Below are positions 11,631 to 22,546 of a stretch of DNA of 64,000 nt, in pieces (position 1 is the stretch's first letter; each line of letters begins with the position of its first letter). The stretch covers positions 62,001 to 126,000 of the forward strand of contig BAAIJX010000012.1 in assembly GCA_054600435.1 (NCBI GenBank). Direction: 5' to 3'. The notes below the pieces were generated by a model. The model worked only from the letters and a program-made list of their open reading frames with translations, searched no databases and had not been told where the DNA came from. The translations under genes and the position numbers were made by a program. This DNA comes from Neophaeotheca triangularis (taxonomy: Eukaryota).

Positions 11631-13226
11631 CTAGAACAGCTTATGCTCAAGCGTCATGTCATTTTCGGGCTCCAGACCAACACAAGCCCGCATAATGTTA
11701 ACCATAGCACTCCTCTGCTTGGCCAGCGCATTGACAACCGGCGTGCCCGGCGGCGTGAGCGGCGCCTTAAGCATATAGCTCAGCACGCTCAGCACGGAAT
11801 GGAAACCCCTCCACTCCTGCTGGCCGTGCTCGCGCCACTGAATACGCGTCATCAGCTCCGCAACAAGAACGAGGTCGATGATGAGCGGCGACGCGAGCAG
11901 CGAGTCCTCGCAGACGTTGAAGAGCGAGATGGTCTGGTGCCCGCCCATGAAGATCTCGGCGTAGTACTCGTCCAGGGCGCGCTTGTTGTCGCCCACGGCC
12001 GGCATGTACTTGATGACGACGGTGTGGTCCGGGTGCTCACCGGGTTTGTAGAGGACATTGTTGGCCGCGACCATGTCGTCGACGACGTTGGATTTGGAGA
12101 TTTCTTTGCTGCGGAATTGCTTTTGCGACGAGAGGTTCATGCCGTCGTTGTTGCCTAGGTGGTTGTAGGAGGCGATCGAGGTCAGCTTGATTCCGGCGTT
12201 GATGAGGAAGTCGACGAGCGCGGATTTCATCTTGGTCTGTCCGGATTTGAAGTCGTCGCCGCCGATGAAGGCATTGTGTCTTTCCGCTAGCTCGATCGCG
12301 CCTGGGACGAAGGTGTTTTGGGGGGAGCCGTTGATAAAGGGCGTGTTCTCGAGGATACAGGCGACGGCGAAGACGGTGGAGGGCGAGACCTCGGCGTTAC
12401 CGTCTTCGATGGCCTTCATCAGATTGTCAGCCGTGTCGTTGACGCCTGAGACAAGGTCGGCGTAGCGCTCGGTGTTGGCGGTCCACTGAACGATGACCTT
12501 GTCGAGGTTGTTCTGGGCTTTGAAGTCGCGAATGTCCTGACGGAGCTTCTCGACGTGCTCCATGCTGGCCTTGGAGCCGGGAAGGACATTGTCGGCACGC
12601 TCCTCCTGGTTGGAGGCGATGAAGTCGGGATAGTAGATGCTGGGGAGAGGCTTCATCTGGGCCATCTCCTTGCCAACGAGAGCTTTCAGCGTAGGCTCAA
12701 GGACCTTTGCGCGGTCCATGCTAGCGGCCATGTCCATGCCCGAGATGTCCCAGCCACCGATGGCGAGGTCATTGGGGTGGACCATAGGCAGCATGTCATG
12801 GAGAGGGATGTTGATCTCCTTGCCCGTCTTTGCATCGGTGCCGAGCTTGATGGTCGAGGCCATGACCATGGAGCCGTAGTAGTTGGCTTCACGAGGACCT
12901 TCGCGGGTGCCCCAGGTGAGCTTGCCGCGGTTTGCAATAATGCCCGCGGTGACAGTGGTGCCATTGTTACCACCCCATCCGACGAGCATCATGCCGACCT
13001 TGCCGACCTTGCGTTCGGTCTTGAAGTCGTAGACAGATTCCTTGGGAGTAGCGACATACTTGCCATTGTCGGAGGTGATCTCGGTGGTACGGTAAGTGTA
13101 CTTGCTGGTAATGTCGTTGTCATTGTAGCTGACGTTGTCCGAGTTGACGGTAAAGAGATCACTTTTGGCTTGGGTGTAGGTCATGCCTTGGGCATTGCCG
13201 TTGGCGTCGTTGGCGTGAGGAGCCAT
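11631..13226 (-). CDS. INO1: myo-inositol-1-phosphate synthase
   Basis: 531-aa ORF with the MIPS signatures GWGGNNG, (Q)[19 protein letters not shown] and [10 protein letters not shown]. Confidence 0.98.
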   Translation of the reverse strand: MAPHANDANGNAQGMTYTQAKSDLFTVNSDNVSYNDNDITSKYTYRTTEITSDNGKYVATPKESVYDFKTERKVGKVGMMLVGWGGNNGTTVTAGIIANRGKLTWGTREGPREANYYGSMVMASTIKLGTDAKTGKEINIPLHDMLPMVHPNDLAIGGWDISGMDMAASMDRAKVLEPTLKALVGKEMAQMKPLPSIYYPDFIASNQEERADNVLPGSKASMEHVEKLRQDIRDFKAQNNLDKVIVQWTANTERYADLVSGVNDTADNLMKAIEDGNAEVSPSTVFAVACILENTPFINGSPQNTFVPGAIELAERHNAFIGGDDFKSGQTKMKSALVDFLINAGIKLTSIASYNHLGNNDGMNLSSQKQFRSKEISKSNVVDDMVAANNVLYKPGEHPDHTVVIKYMPAVGDNKRALDEYYAEIFMGGHQTISLFNVCEDSLLASPLIIDLVLVAELMTRIQWREHGQQEWRGFHSVLSVLSYMLKAPLTPPGTPVVNALAKQRSAMVNIMRACVGLEPENDMTLEHKLF

Positions 13227-13265
13227 TATTGTTGGTGGAGGGTGCTAGTCGTAGAGTTTTGACTT

Positions 13266-13505
13266 TTATCTAGTATGAGGGGCGTCCGAAGCTGCACCTG
13301 CAGGGCTACAGCGACGGCCGGCGTGGGTGTTGTGGACGCTGCAGGAGGAGTTGTAGTCAGTAAAATAGAGTCGTCGAAGCATGTTGCTTGCTACGTCAAG
13401 CCGAAAGCATAAGGCTTCGCGATCAAAAGGAGAGCTGTACAGGGATGCATACGAGTTGAGAAGGTTGGAGAACGTCTTGACGGCTGCGGGGTCAGATAGA
13501 CCCGT
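13266..13505 (-). other. Candidate non-AUG (ACG) upstream ORF in the INO1 leader, split by a 114-nt intron; 41 codons
   Basis: Intron 13452-13339 (GTATGC...TACTGAC...CTCCTGCAG). Spliced frame TGLSDPAAVKTFSNLLNSVHNTHAGRRCSPAGAASDAPHTR* stops at TAA 13268-13266, 39 nt before the INO1 ATG. The intron is well supported; translation is inference. Confidence 0.55.
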
Positions 13506-13575
13506 GGGTACAGTGAGTGTAATGTGGCAAAAGTTCTGGAGCTGGAGGATTCCAAGGTTGGTTGAGATTTGCTTT

Positions 13576-13618
13576 GGAGAGAGAGAGAGAGGAGAAAGAA
13601 AGAAAGAAGGAGAGAGAC
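13576..13618 (-). promoter_or_regulatory. CT-rich tract, probable core promoter element just upstream of the INO1 transcription start
   Basis: About 43 nt almost purely pyrimidine on the minus strand (GA/GAAA repeats on plus); such tracts commonly precede start sites in filamentous fungi. Confidence 0.5.
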
Positions 13619-15509
13619 AGCAGATGGCAGGATTCTTATCCTGGCGGCAAGAACAGCTCGCAGTGCGCTTACCGTAGGCTTCCATATTATCCATCCGTAG
13701 ATTCCGTGCTAGGCGCGTTGGTTGGGCTTGACGGTCAGTTGTTGCTGTACGCTACGGTGTATAGTAAGTCCAGAAGATGGATGGAGGATGGATCAACTGA
13801 GGTCGTCGGAAGCAAAGTTGTTCCGGCCGGGGAAGCTCTGGAGAGTGAAGGGTGAAGACCGTCAACGACGGGAGGAAGTTCAGGTTTGGCCTTAGTTCTG
13901 AAGACATGACAGATCACGTAATCCGAGCTGACCACGTTCCATTGTCCATGGCAAGTTTTGCTCGGGCTGCACCTCTTGACGTCGAGTATCTTGCGGATAG
14001 ACTCATCCTGTTGATGTCGTGGCTCGCCGGAGGTATATCCCCAGATTCCAGTGCAGACCACTTGTACCGAGGTGCTTCATCTCGTCGCTCCGATTGGCAG
14101 TTTTTAGGCCAAGGAAGGCTTTATAAGTGGTCTACGTTGCGTGATTCAAAGGGCGAACACAGACACAGATCAAGCCCGGGGAGAGGTTCGACGACAAGCT
14201 CTCGACATGTCGCGGGAGAAGATGTTGTCGTCGCACCGATCAGCAGTCAGCACTGAAAGCGGCCGGGCACCTGGCCTCGATATGGTCGCCATGCTCGGAC
14301 ATATCAATAGCAACGCGCCGACGGAACCCTACCCTGCCCTGCCTCCCTGCCTATGTACCCTACCTCGAGCCTACGTTGCCTACCTACTACCTAGGTTAGG
14401 TGTGCAGAGCTACGGTCTACCTTACCAGGATCAAGGTCTCGGAACAAAGCAGACGCGCTAAGGTGCAGAGTTCCCGTCTGTCTGGAGAAATAAAACACAC
14501 GAGTCGGAAAGTGGGTTTCGCGGCTGCTGCTGTGACAACAATTGAACCAGCAAAGCAAAGCAATAAGATAACGTTAGCAGAGAGGTTCCAGACTTCCAAT
14601 TGCCTCTCTTCAAGCAGCCTGATACAACCATAGCAGCATGGCTTGCGATGATTGCGTCGCCGCTTGATCGATGGCGAGGTGTACATGTAATAAGGTACTC
14701 TCTTGAGCCTCCCGTCCCCTCTCGCCACAGAGTTCCAAGGTTGTAACTGGTGTCCATTCAAGGGCCGCAGTTGCCGAAGCTTGGCTCCCGTTGCTAAAGT
14801 TGGAGTGTCGACGCGTACTACACCAAGGTACCTACAATAAATAATGTACATAAATGTACAGGGCATAGTACTATATAGTTAGTTGGTGTGAAGATGAACT
14901 TGTACTACTGCACTGCACTGCACTGCCTCTGGTAAGAATAGCTGACGGGACAATTCCGAGAGAGGATCGTGGAGGATCGAGGAAGCGGGCAGCTGATGAG
15001 TATTATGTATGTAGTCAAGTAGTCCAAGCCTCAATCACTTCGTACTAATGCCCTGTCGTGGATGTGTTGGAACAGAGCTGCTGTGGGTCAGATTATCATC
15101 GCCGTCGATGAGGCCTTTGCATCTAGACCCTGCCTACCTGAAGTGCCTGTGTAGTATTTTTATTATGTGTCCATGTGTACCGAACATTGCGCGTTGCTAT
15201 GCCAAAATAGCCATGCGACAGCCTTCCAATTCCTTAGCTTTCCTTCCTCCACACACGCTAAGAAAGTGGTCCTTCGAGACAGTGCGTCGGGTCTTTGCCT
15301 TGTCAGTGCGTTTGTGATATATATATTAACACCCAGGGGGACCCGTCTCTTCTTTTGCATTCCTCTCTTCCATTCCGCATCTTTAACACACACACATACT
15401 CAAACTCACGCACACATTCGATTCACAAGCCTTTTCTGTGAATACTCAGCAAAAGCCCATTCATCCACACCAACACTTTCAATCAGCAATCCATCGCACA
15501 ATAATCAAC

Positions 15510-16256
15510 ATGCGTTCCTCCATCCTCTACGCCGCGCCTCTCTTGGCCGTCGCTTACGCTCAGGAAGACAACCTCAACACCGTAAGTAGATCGACCCGAA
15601 CCAACAGAGGGTCTGGATAGCAGGGGCTGACATATCCTGACCAGACGACCGTTCTTGTTGAATCTGGCACCGCAACCGTCAGCTCGACATTCGTATACAG
15701 CAATGATTTCACCTCCTTCCTCACCCAGACCAACTCCCTCGGCGTCGTGACTGGCCAGCCCGAAGTTGCCACCAGCCAAGCAGCACTCCCGCCAGGCGTT
15801 ACTACCCAGCCTGAAGTAGCGACCATTCCTGCTGGCCTTCCCGTCGGACAGACTGTCATTCAAATCGGCAACGGCACCGCCCTAACAAGCTTCACCGTTG
15901 ACGTCCAGTCCTCCACCACCAACGTCCTCGGTGCCGATGCTCAGCCTACCGAGATCGAGGTCGAGACCTTCACAGGAGACGTTGCGACTGGTACCGACGC
16001 CATCTCGATCTCTGCCGCAGCCACAACCGGTTCCAGCGACGCCGAATCGACCGGCACCTCTACTACCGACAGCGACGACAGCGACGACGCTGACAGCACA
16101 GCGGACAGCACAGCTGACAGCACCACTGATTCCGATTCTGCCGATTCTACCTCCGCAGCCGACTCCGACGACTCCGACTCCGCTGCCGTCAGTAACGCCC
16201 AGCTCGCTTCCATGGGCGTTGTCAGCTTCGGTGCTCTTGCCGCCTTCTTCCTGTAA
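15510..16256 (+). CDS. Secreted Ser/Thr/Asp-rich, probably GPI-anchored cell-surface protein, 2 exons
   Basis: Exons 15510-15581 and 15645-16256. Signal peptide MRSSILYAAPLLAVAYAQ; internal repeat GVVTGQPEVAT/GVTTQPEVAT; ADST repeats; hydrophobic C-terminus SAAVSNAQLASMGVVSFGALAAFFL. Confidence 0.88.
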
Positions 16257-16704
16257 AGAGATGAAGGTTTGCTTCTGGTACATGGGTTTAAAAGTCAAGT
16301 CCTCGGGGCTAGATGTCGTTCTTGTTGTTCTTTCAGCGATAGTAAAGGGGCATAATGGCTCCCAACGCAAAGTTGGATAGCAGCGTGGGAATCTGGCGTA
16401 GACACAGTAGCGGTTAATACCCAGGATAATGGATGTTTGAAGTATTGGTGTAGTGTTCAACAATCGATATGACGTGATGTCATGTAGAACGTTTCGTGAT
16501 CGTTCTTGACGTTCAAAACGTGGACTTCAATTGTTCGAATACCTCAAGGTACTGTAGTAACTGTCAGACAGCCTCCACGAGCCTCCCAGGGTACAAAGCC
16601 AAATCCGCGCTAGCGCTGCAAGGCACTCCCGCTTCAACGACACCTCACATCGCAGTACTTAAAGATAGACTCATAGACGGAACACCAAATCAGCTTAAGG
16701 ACAC

Positions 16705-19061
16705 ATGCAACGCGCCCTCCGCAGGATCCTGCAAACCACAGCCCTGCTCAAACCCACACCCAACACCCAACTACCACGCTCCATCTTCACCCAACACCAG
16801 CAAATTGCCACCATGCACGAGCAAGCCATGGACCAGGCGACGCTGAAGCAATACCTCGCCGATGACCCGCCGACAATCGTGCCCCTGTCTATCAAACCGC
16901 ATTTCGAGGCCCTGAACGAGCGCGAGCAAAAGTATGCGCATTTTATCAGCCGGGCCAGTCACGCGGGTACGAGGATCAATTTGCGCCAGGTTAGCCCTGA
17001 GAGTGAGGGTATCTTTGATTTTATTTTGGCGTTGCATCGGAGTGTGGAGGGTATGTCTTCTTTCGTCTTCCTGTTTGGGTTTTTTTTGGGTGATAGGTTG
17101 ACTGGGAATGGGGAGAGCAAACGTGCTTTTCTAATTCCGTGCATGGTATAAGCTGACTCCAGACAGGTGATTGGAGTCAGCTGCAGAAGTCTGCGGGTAT
17201 CTCTGGCCAAGATCTCAACCATTTTCTGAATTACGCTGGTCAATTCATTGGAAATGCTGGTAACTACAAGTCGTTCGGCGACTCCAAATTCATCCCCAGA
17301 CTTCCGAAGCAGGCTCTTGATGCTCTCGCAAACACTTCGAGCGAGGCTAAGAAGCTTTACGAGAAAGTCGAGCACTCCTTCTACGCGACCGAGACTACTG
17401 CGAAGATGCACCTTGGCTACCCCGACAAGGGTCACATCTCTGCATACTATCCCGACTCGCCCAATATCACTACCGAGGAAATCGAGTACACCGCGACTTT
17501 CCTCAAGGACAAGGGCTTGCTGCCAGAGAACACTCGCATGCGCAAAACTTCGTCTGGAGACTTTGACGTCCTCGTCGCTTCTGCTGTGGCTGACCCCAAA
17601 GTCAAAGACCTCAAAGAAACCGAATGGACATTGGAGGGTCCGGTCCAGGGAAAGAAACTCCGTCTTCTCTTCGGTGATCACCAGAGGGAAATGACAAAGA
17701 TCTCGGAGAACCTGATGGAAGCCAAAAAGTACGTCGCCAACGAGCAGGAAAATGCTATGCAATCTGAATACATCAAAGCTTTCCACGATGGCTCCATGGA
17801 AGCTCACAAGAACTCTCAACGTCACTGGATCAAGGATGCCGGACCGACTGTGGAATGCAACATCGGTTTCATTGAGACTTATCGAGACCCGCATGGCATT
17901 CGTGGCGAGTGGGAAGGTTTTGTAGCCATGATCAATAAGGAGCGAACAAAGGCTTTCACTAAACTCGTCGACTCCTCGCCAGAACAGATTCCGAAGCTAC
18001 CCTGGCCGAAGGAGTTCGAAAAGGCCAAGTTTCTAGCCCCAGACTTTACCAGCATCGAGGTCCTCACCTTTGCCGGAGCCGGTATTCCACTCGGAATCAA
18101 CATCCCCAACTACGACGACGTGCGACAGACTGAAGGGTTCAAGAACGTATCCCTCGGCAACGTCATGTCTTCGACTGCCCCGAACGAGCCCACACCCTTC
18201 ATCAAACCGAGCGAGCAAAAAGTCTACGATGAATGCAAAGACGAAGCACTCGAAGTTCAAGTTGGTCTACACGAACTCCTCGGCCACGGTTGCGGCAAAC
18301 TGCTCCAAGAAACCGAACCAGGCCAATACAACTTCGATATGCAAAACCCACCCCTGAACCCCATCACCGGTAAGCCAGTAACCTCCTACTACAAACCAGG
18401 TGAAACCTGGGGCTCCGTCTTCGGCGGCATGGGCCCGTCGTACGAAGAATGTCGCGCCGAGAGCGTAGCCATGAGCCTCTGCCCCGACTACGAAATCCTC
18501 AAAATCTTCGGCATCGGCGACGGCACCGCCGACATCCACTCCAAAGCGGGCGACGTCCTCTACGTCTGTTACCTGCAAATGGGGCGCGCAGGCATCGCCG
18601 CCCTCCAATTCTGGGACCCCAACAGCCGCAAATGTGGCCAAGCGCACATGCAAGCCCGCTTCGCGATTCTGCAAGTCTTCCTCGAAGCCGGCCGCGACTT
18701 TTGCCACCTCGACTACACCACCACCACCGATGGCGAAATCTCTGACTTGACTCTTGTCCTCGATCGTAACTTGATCGAGTCTCAGGGCCGGCCTGCCATT
18801 AATGCCTTTTTGCAGAAATTGCAGGTTTTCAAGGCCACGGCCGATCTGCAGCGCGGGAGGGAGCTGTATGAGCGGTACACGAGCGTGGATGACTGGTGGG
18901 CGGGACCTCTGCGGAGGGAGGTGTTGAGGCAGGCGAAGCCCAGGAAGGTTTTTGTGCAGGCTAATACGTTTTTGCGTGGGGATGGGAAGGTCGAGTTGAG
19001 GGAGTATGAGGCTACGCCGCAGGGTATGATTCAGAGTTTTGTGGAGAGGGAGTATATCTGA
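16705..19061 (+). CDS. DPP3: Dipeptidyl peptidase III (peptidase M49), 2 exons; alternative starts at 16813 and 16828
   Basis: Intron 17051-17166 (GTATGT...GCTGAC...ACAG) joins the frames. Motifs NYKSFGDSKF, GFIETYRDPHG, HELLGH, EECRAE, QAHMQAR. Confidence 0.96.
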
Positions 19062-19616
19062 GCTAGTTGATGGTGGCAAGGGGAGGATCTCATGGTTAGG
19101 TATCTAGCTTGGTCGGTGCCATGTCGTGGCGGTATGACAGTTATGCTGCACACTACCTTGCGCACCCGCGGTTCCTAACGCCTCCGCTTTTCTCTCACTC
19201 CTTCCCTTTTGGGATTGCTCATATCATGCATGCATGCCTTGGTGAGCTTGAGATTGCAGGCCTCTTGAGCTTTTCCTTCCGCGGTTTCTATCTGTGGAGG
19301 ATTATTTGTAGGTCGGCCGACCGAATTTGCCTGTGGTCCCGGAAGACCAATTCCGTCGTCGGTCTAGTATATCATTTCCTTTGAAAGAGCCTGCCAGGTA
19401 CCACCAAGTGTCGGGACGTACATCTCGCTGGTTCGGCTATTGGCAGTTCGGCGGTCCATGAGACATGGCAATAGATAGCAAGGTCGTGAGATCATAGGGC
19501 CATCTACGAGTCTTCTCGAGTGATACGCGGCAGCTCCTGCCGAAACACGCCCTCATCCCGCCGCGCAAGTCCACAATGAGTCGTCGTCTTCTCTTCCGCT
19601 CCCACAAGCCCAAGGA

Positions 19617-20102
19617 TCACAAATGCACCCCCTCATCCTCCTGTCCACCGGCACCACCCGTCCGCTCCTCCATCCGCCGCCTCAACTCCTCATCCGTCAA
19701 CCTCCCACTCTGAAACTGGCGCTCCGCGCCCCCCTCGGCCCTGCCAACGACAACAGCCTCGCCCTCCTCCTCCTCCAAAACCCCATTCACAACCTTGGCC
19801 CCCGCAACCCCATCCCCCTCCCCACTATGCTCCCAAGGCAAACCGCGCCTCTCCACCTCGGCCCTGATCAAGCCGACGCGCTCGTTGAAACGCGACATGA
19901 CCCCGAGGTTCTCGAACATGGCTTCGCGGCAGTCGGCATCGCCTTGGTCGGCAAAGGGCAGCATTTGCTCGTTGGAGGCTTTGAGTTGCGCGATGCTGTT
20001 TTGGATCTCGCTGGCTTTGGCGTGCAGGGCGTCGATGGGGAGGCTTTCGAGTGCCGTGGCGAAGCGCGCTGCTGTGATGGGTTGTTGGTTGTTTGTGGCC
20101 AT
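19617..20102 (-). CDS. Tma17/Adc17-like small coiled-coil protein, 161 aa
   Basis: ATG at 20102. Pattern PI...F..AL..L....L.....EIQNSI..L..SN...EN..V....NERV..I..E...R plus a short hydrophobic C-terminus (EGVHL) resembles yeast Tma17/Adc17 as I recall it. Confidence 0.65.
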   Translation of the reverse strand: MATNNQQPITAARFATALESLPIDALHAKASEIQNSIAQLKASNEQMLPFADQGDADCREAMFENLGVMSRFNERVGLIRAEVERRGLPWEHSGEGDGVAGAKVVNGVLEEEEGEAVVVGRAEGGAERQFQSGRLTDEELRRRMEERTGGAGGQEDEGVHL

Positions 20103-20412
20103 GGTTGGAGGTGGGGGGGGGCGGGGTTGCTGGCTTCTTCTGCTGCGCGAGGTGGTTTGTTGGGTGTGTCGTTCGTCTTTTTGCTGTGGGCTCCCGTGGC
20201 AGTGCGTGGGTAGCAAGTGTAGTGGGTGTCTGTGGGTGTCTGTGAATGTTGAAAGTCAAGGCAAGGTGAGTATGTATGTCTATGCAAGGTTGCGGAGGTG
20301 GTCCGAGCAAAGCCGAGACTTGAAGTGAAGTTCGTCTCTCGTGCTTTGTGTCCTGCGACAGGTACCACGCAAGTCTGCCACCATTTGTCCACCTAGCGAG
20401 GAGTAGTTTACG

Positions 20413-22347
20413 ATGAATCATGTGTGGTCGCCGGTAACGATGCGTGCGTCTCATGCCGCGCCGAAAGCACCATCTACATGCTGCCTGCGCCTGCTACGAA
20501 GCCTGATCCGCGACGACAATGCGCCGTCGCCTTACTGGCTACCGAGGAGAGCGTTTTCGAACCAAGCGAGATCCTGGACGCATGCTCGTCTGGCGCAGTG
20601 GGAGAAGCAAAAACGTAGCTATACTGCGACATCGAGATGCCTTGCCAGGAACAGAAACCTGAAGACCCCTACGAAGAGTCCCTCTGAGCCTGTGTCTGGC
20701 GTCCAGCCAGCGCCGACGGAGGGATCGTATACCGATGGAGTCGTGTCTGGTGACGCTGCAGAGCTGACATGGCGGGACTACGATCCCGTTGGAGGCATGC
20801 CTCTGCCGGTCGGCGTACTTGGCGAGGAGGATATACATGCCATCTTTGGAAGTGAAATGGACGTGGAGACCGGCAACTACATCTTGAGCATCATGCACTA
20901 TCGTCGGTTATCTGGACAGCTTATAGACGCCGGCGTCTCGTTCCCCAAGGACAGTGGGGTCACTCGCGAGCAAGCGATTCAGGGCTTAGAGTATGTGAGG
21001 CAGATGGAGCCGGACATCAATGAGGAAGAGAATGGAAACATTTGGGCGGAAGAGGAGACAAAAAGGATTGAAGCTGAAATGCTTGAGCGTGCGCAAAACT
21101 TGGGTATCTACAAGAGGGAGCCGGTCGAGGCTGAGGAGGAAGAGCAGGGCACCGAAGAAGGCCGGCAAAGGACTGGCGAAAGCATGCTGATCCGGCAGAG
21201 AACAGAAAAGGAAGCGGAATGGGAGGCGGAAGAAGCAGAGCGCTTGATACAGCGCGACAGACAGGCAGTGTCAGACATCAAATCGCAGCGTGGACCCCTT
21301 GAGCTCTCAGGCGGTGTCCAGCCATCGTTGCAACTCATGACCACGGAGACGGGAGGCATCGCTATTCGGCCACCACCAACAAAGGCGTGGCTTGCGCCTG
21401 TTGAACGCAAACCTTGGGTCAAGTATTACGAAGATCAAGCTACGATTATCAAATCGCAAACGGTGCCGCAGATGTCCTTGCTTCGACGTCTCGGGCCCTC
21501 GTTACTTGTGGCTATCGCGACGATTGGCGGCGCTCTCTACCTGTCAGAAAACTACACGGCACCTTCTCATTCGGCGCGCTTGTTTCCAGACTACTCTCGA
21601 GCCGTTGCCACAACAGGTGCGCTCACCACCCTCCTACTTACAGCCTTCATAGCAGCACGAATGCCTCCTTTCTGGCGCCTGCTGAGCAAATACTTTACGA
21701 TCGTACCTGCATACCCCTACGCCATTTCCATTCTCGGTGCATCACTTCGGCACGAAAAGGCCAAGCATCTCGCGCCCATAATAGCAGTCCTCTGGGCATC
21801 CGGTTTGACGCTGCACCAAGACGTCGGCCGCGGCGGTTTCGTCGCCGTCCTCTTGGCCTCGGCAGCTGTAGGCGGCTTTGCCTCGCTGAGTTGGCAAGTC
21901 TATCAAAAGGCTTGGTCGTCATACATCTATGGTGCATCGTCAGCTGTGTTGGGTGTCTTGGCGGCGGCGTGTGCACTGCATCCGTGGGGAAGGATAGAGA
22001 TTGCCGGTCTGGAAGTGCCCCTGACGGCGTGGATGTTCTTGGGCACCTATGCTGGGTTACAGGTCTATGCACTCGTTAAAGGGAAGGGCCCGGCGAGGAA
22101 TACGGATTACGCTGGCCACGTTGGAGGGCTGGCCACTGGTCTGGCGTCGGCATACTACCTTGGGCGGAAGGACCGGGGCAAAGACGTTTTGATGAAGAGG
22201 ACTGAGGCAAAGGATGAAGATATAGCTCAAATACTCGCTTTTGCTGAGACAGAGCAAGGCGAAACCCAAGATGAGCCGCAGCTTGCTATGACAGCAGCTG
22301 CCGCGAGGAGAGAAGGCGGTGGGGGTGCCCTGTGGCGGAACAATTAG
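20413..22347 (+). CDS. Rhomboid-family intramembrane serine protease, probably mitochondrial (Pcp1/PARL type)
   Basis: 644-aa ORF with Arg/Ser-rich presequence-like N-terminus and a C-terminal multi-TM domain containing YGASSAV (catalytic Ser) and DYAGHVGG (catalytic His). Confidence 0.85.
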   Translation: MNHVWSPVTMRASHAAPKAPSTCCLRLLRSLIRDDNAPSPYWLPRRAFSNQARSWTHARLAQWEKQKRSYTATSRCLARNRNLKTPTKSPSEPVSGVQPAPTEGSYTDGVVSGDAAELTWRDYDPVGGMPLPVGVLGEEDIHAIFGSEMDVETGNYILSIMHYRRLSGQLIDAGVSFPKDSGVTREQAIQGLEYVRQMEPDINEEENGNIWAEEETKRIEAEMLERAQNLGIYKREPVEAEEEEQGTEEGRQRTGESMLIRQRTEKEAEWEAEEAERLIQRDRQAVSDIKSQRGPLELSGGVQPSLQLMTTETGGIAIRPPPTKAWLAPVERKPWVKYYEDQATIIKSQTVPQMSLLRRLGPSLLVAIATIGGALYLSENYTAPSHSARLFPDYSRAVATTGALTTLLLTAFIAARMPPFWRLLSKYFTIVPAYPYAISILGASLRHEKAKHLAPIIAVLWASGLTLHQDVGRGGFVAVLLASAAVGGFASLSWQVYQKAWSSYIYGASSAVLGVLAAACALHPWGRIEIAGLEVPLTAWMFLGTYAGLQVYALVKGKGPARNTDYAGHVGGLATGLASAYYLGRKDRGKDVLMKRTEAKDEDIAQILAFAETEQGETQDEPQLAMTAAAARREGGGGALWRNN

Positions 22348-22546
22348 ATACCATACACAAGATATGTACAATCATAACAGGATCAGCTTTGAAAGTTCCC
22401 AGCGCAATGTTTGGGTTGTTGGACATGTATATATTGCAAGTAGAATCGACTAAGCCCGAAAGGTTCTAGCGCGGTATTCGAGGTGAAGTCCGACCTCGAC
22501 TTCATCCCAACTCTACCGGCACCATCAACACATCAGCTCTTCGCAA

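Noticed and set aside
13506..13694. AUG-initiated 142-aa version of the INO1 upstream ORF
   Set aside because: The AUGs at 13694 and 13685 lie upstream of the CT-rich tract and probably outside the transcript, and the ORF reads through an evident intron; only the spliced 3' part is kept as a candidate.
14990..15050. CTGATGAG resembling a hammerhead ribozyme core
   Set aside because: No stem II or GAAA partner at a suitable distance.
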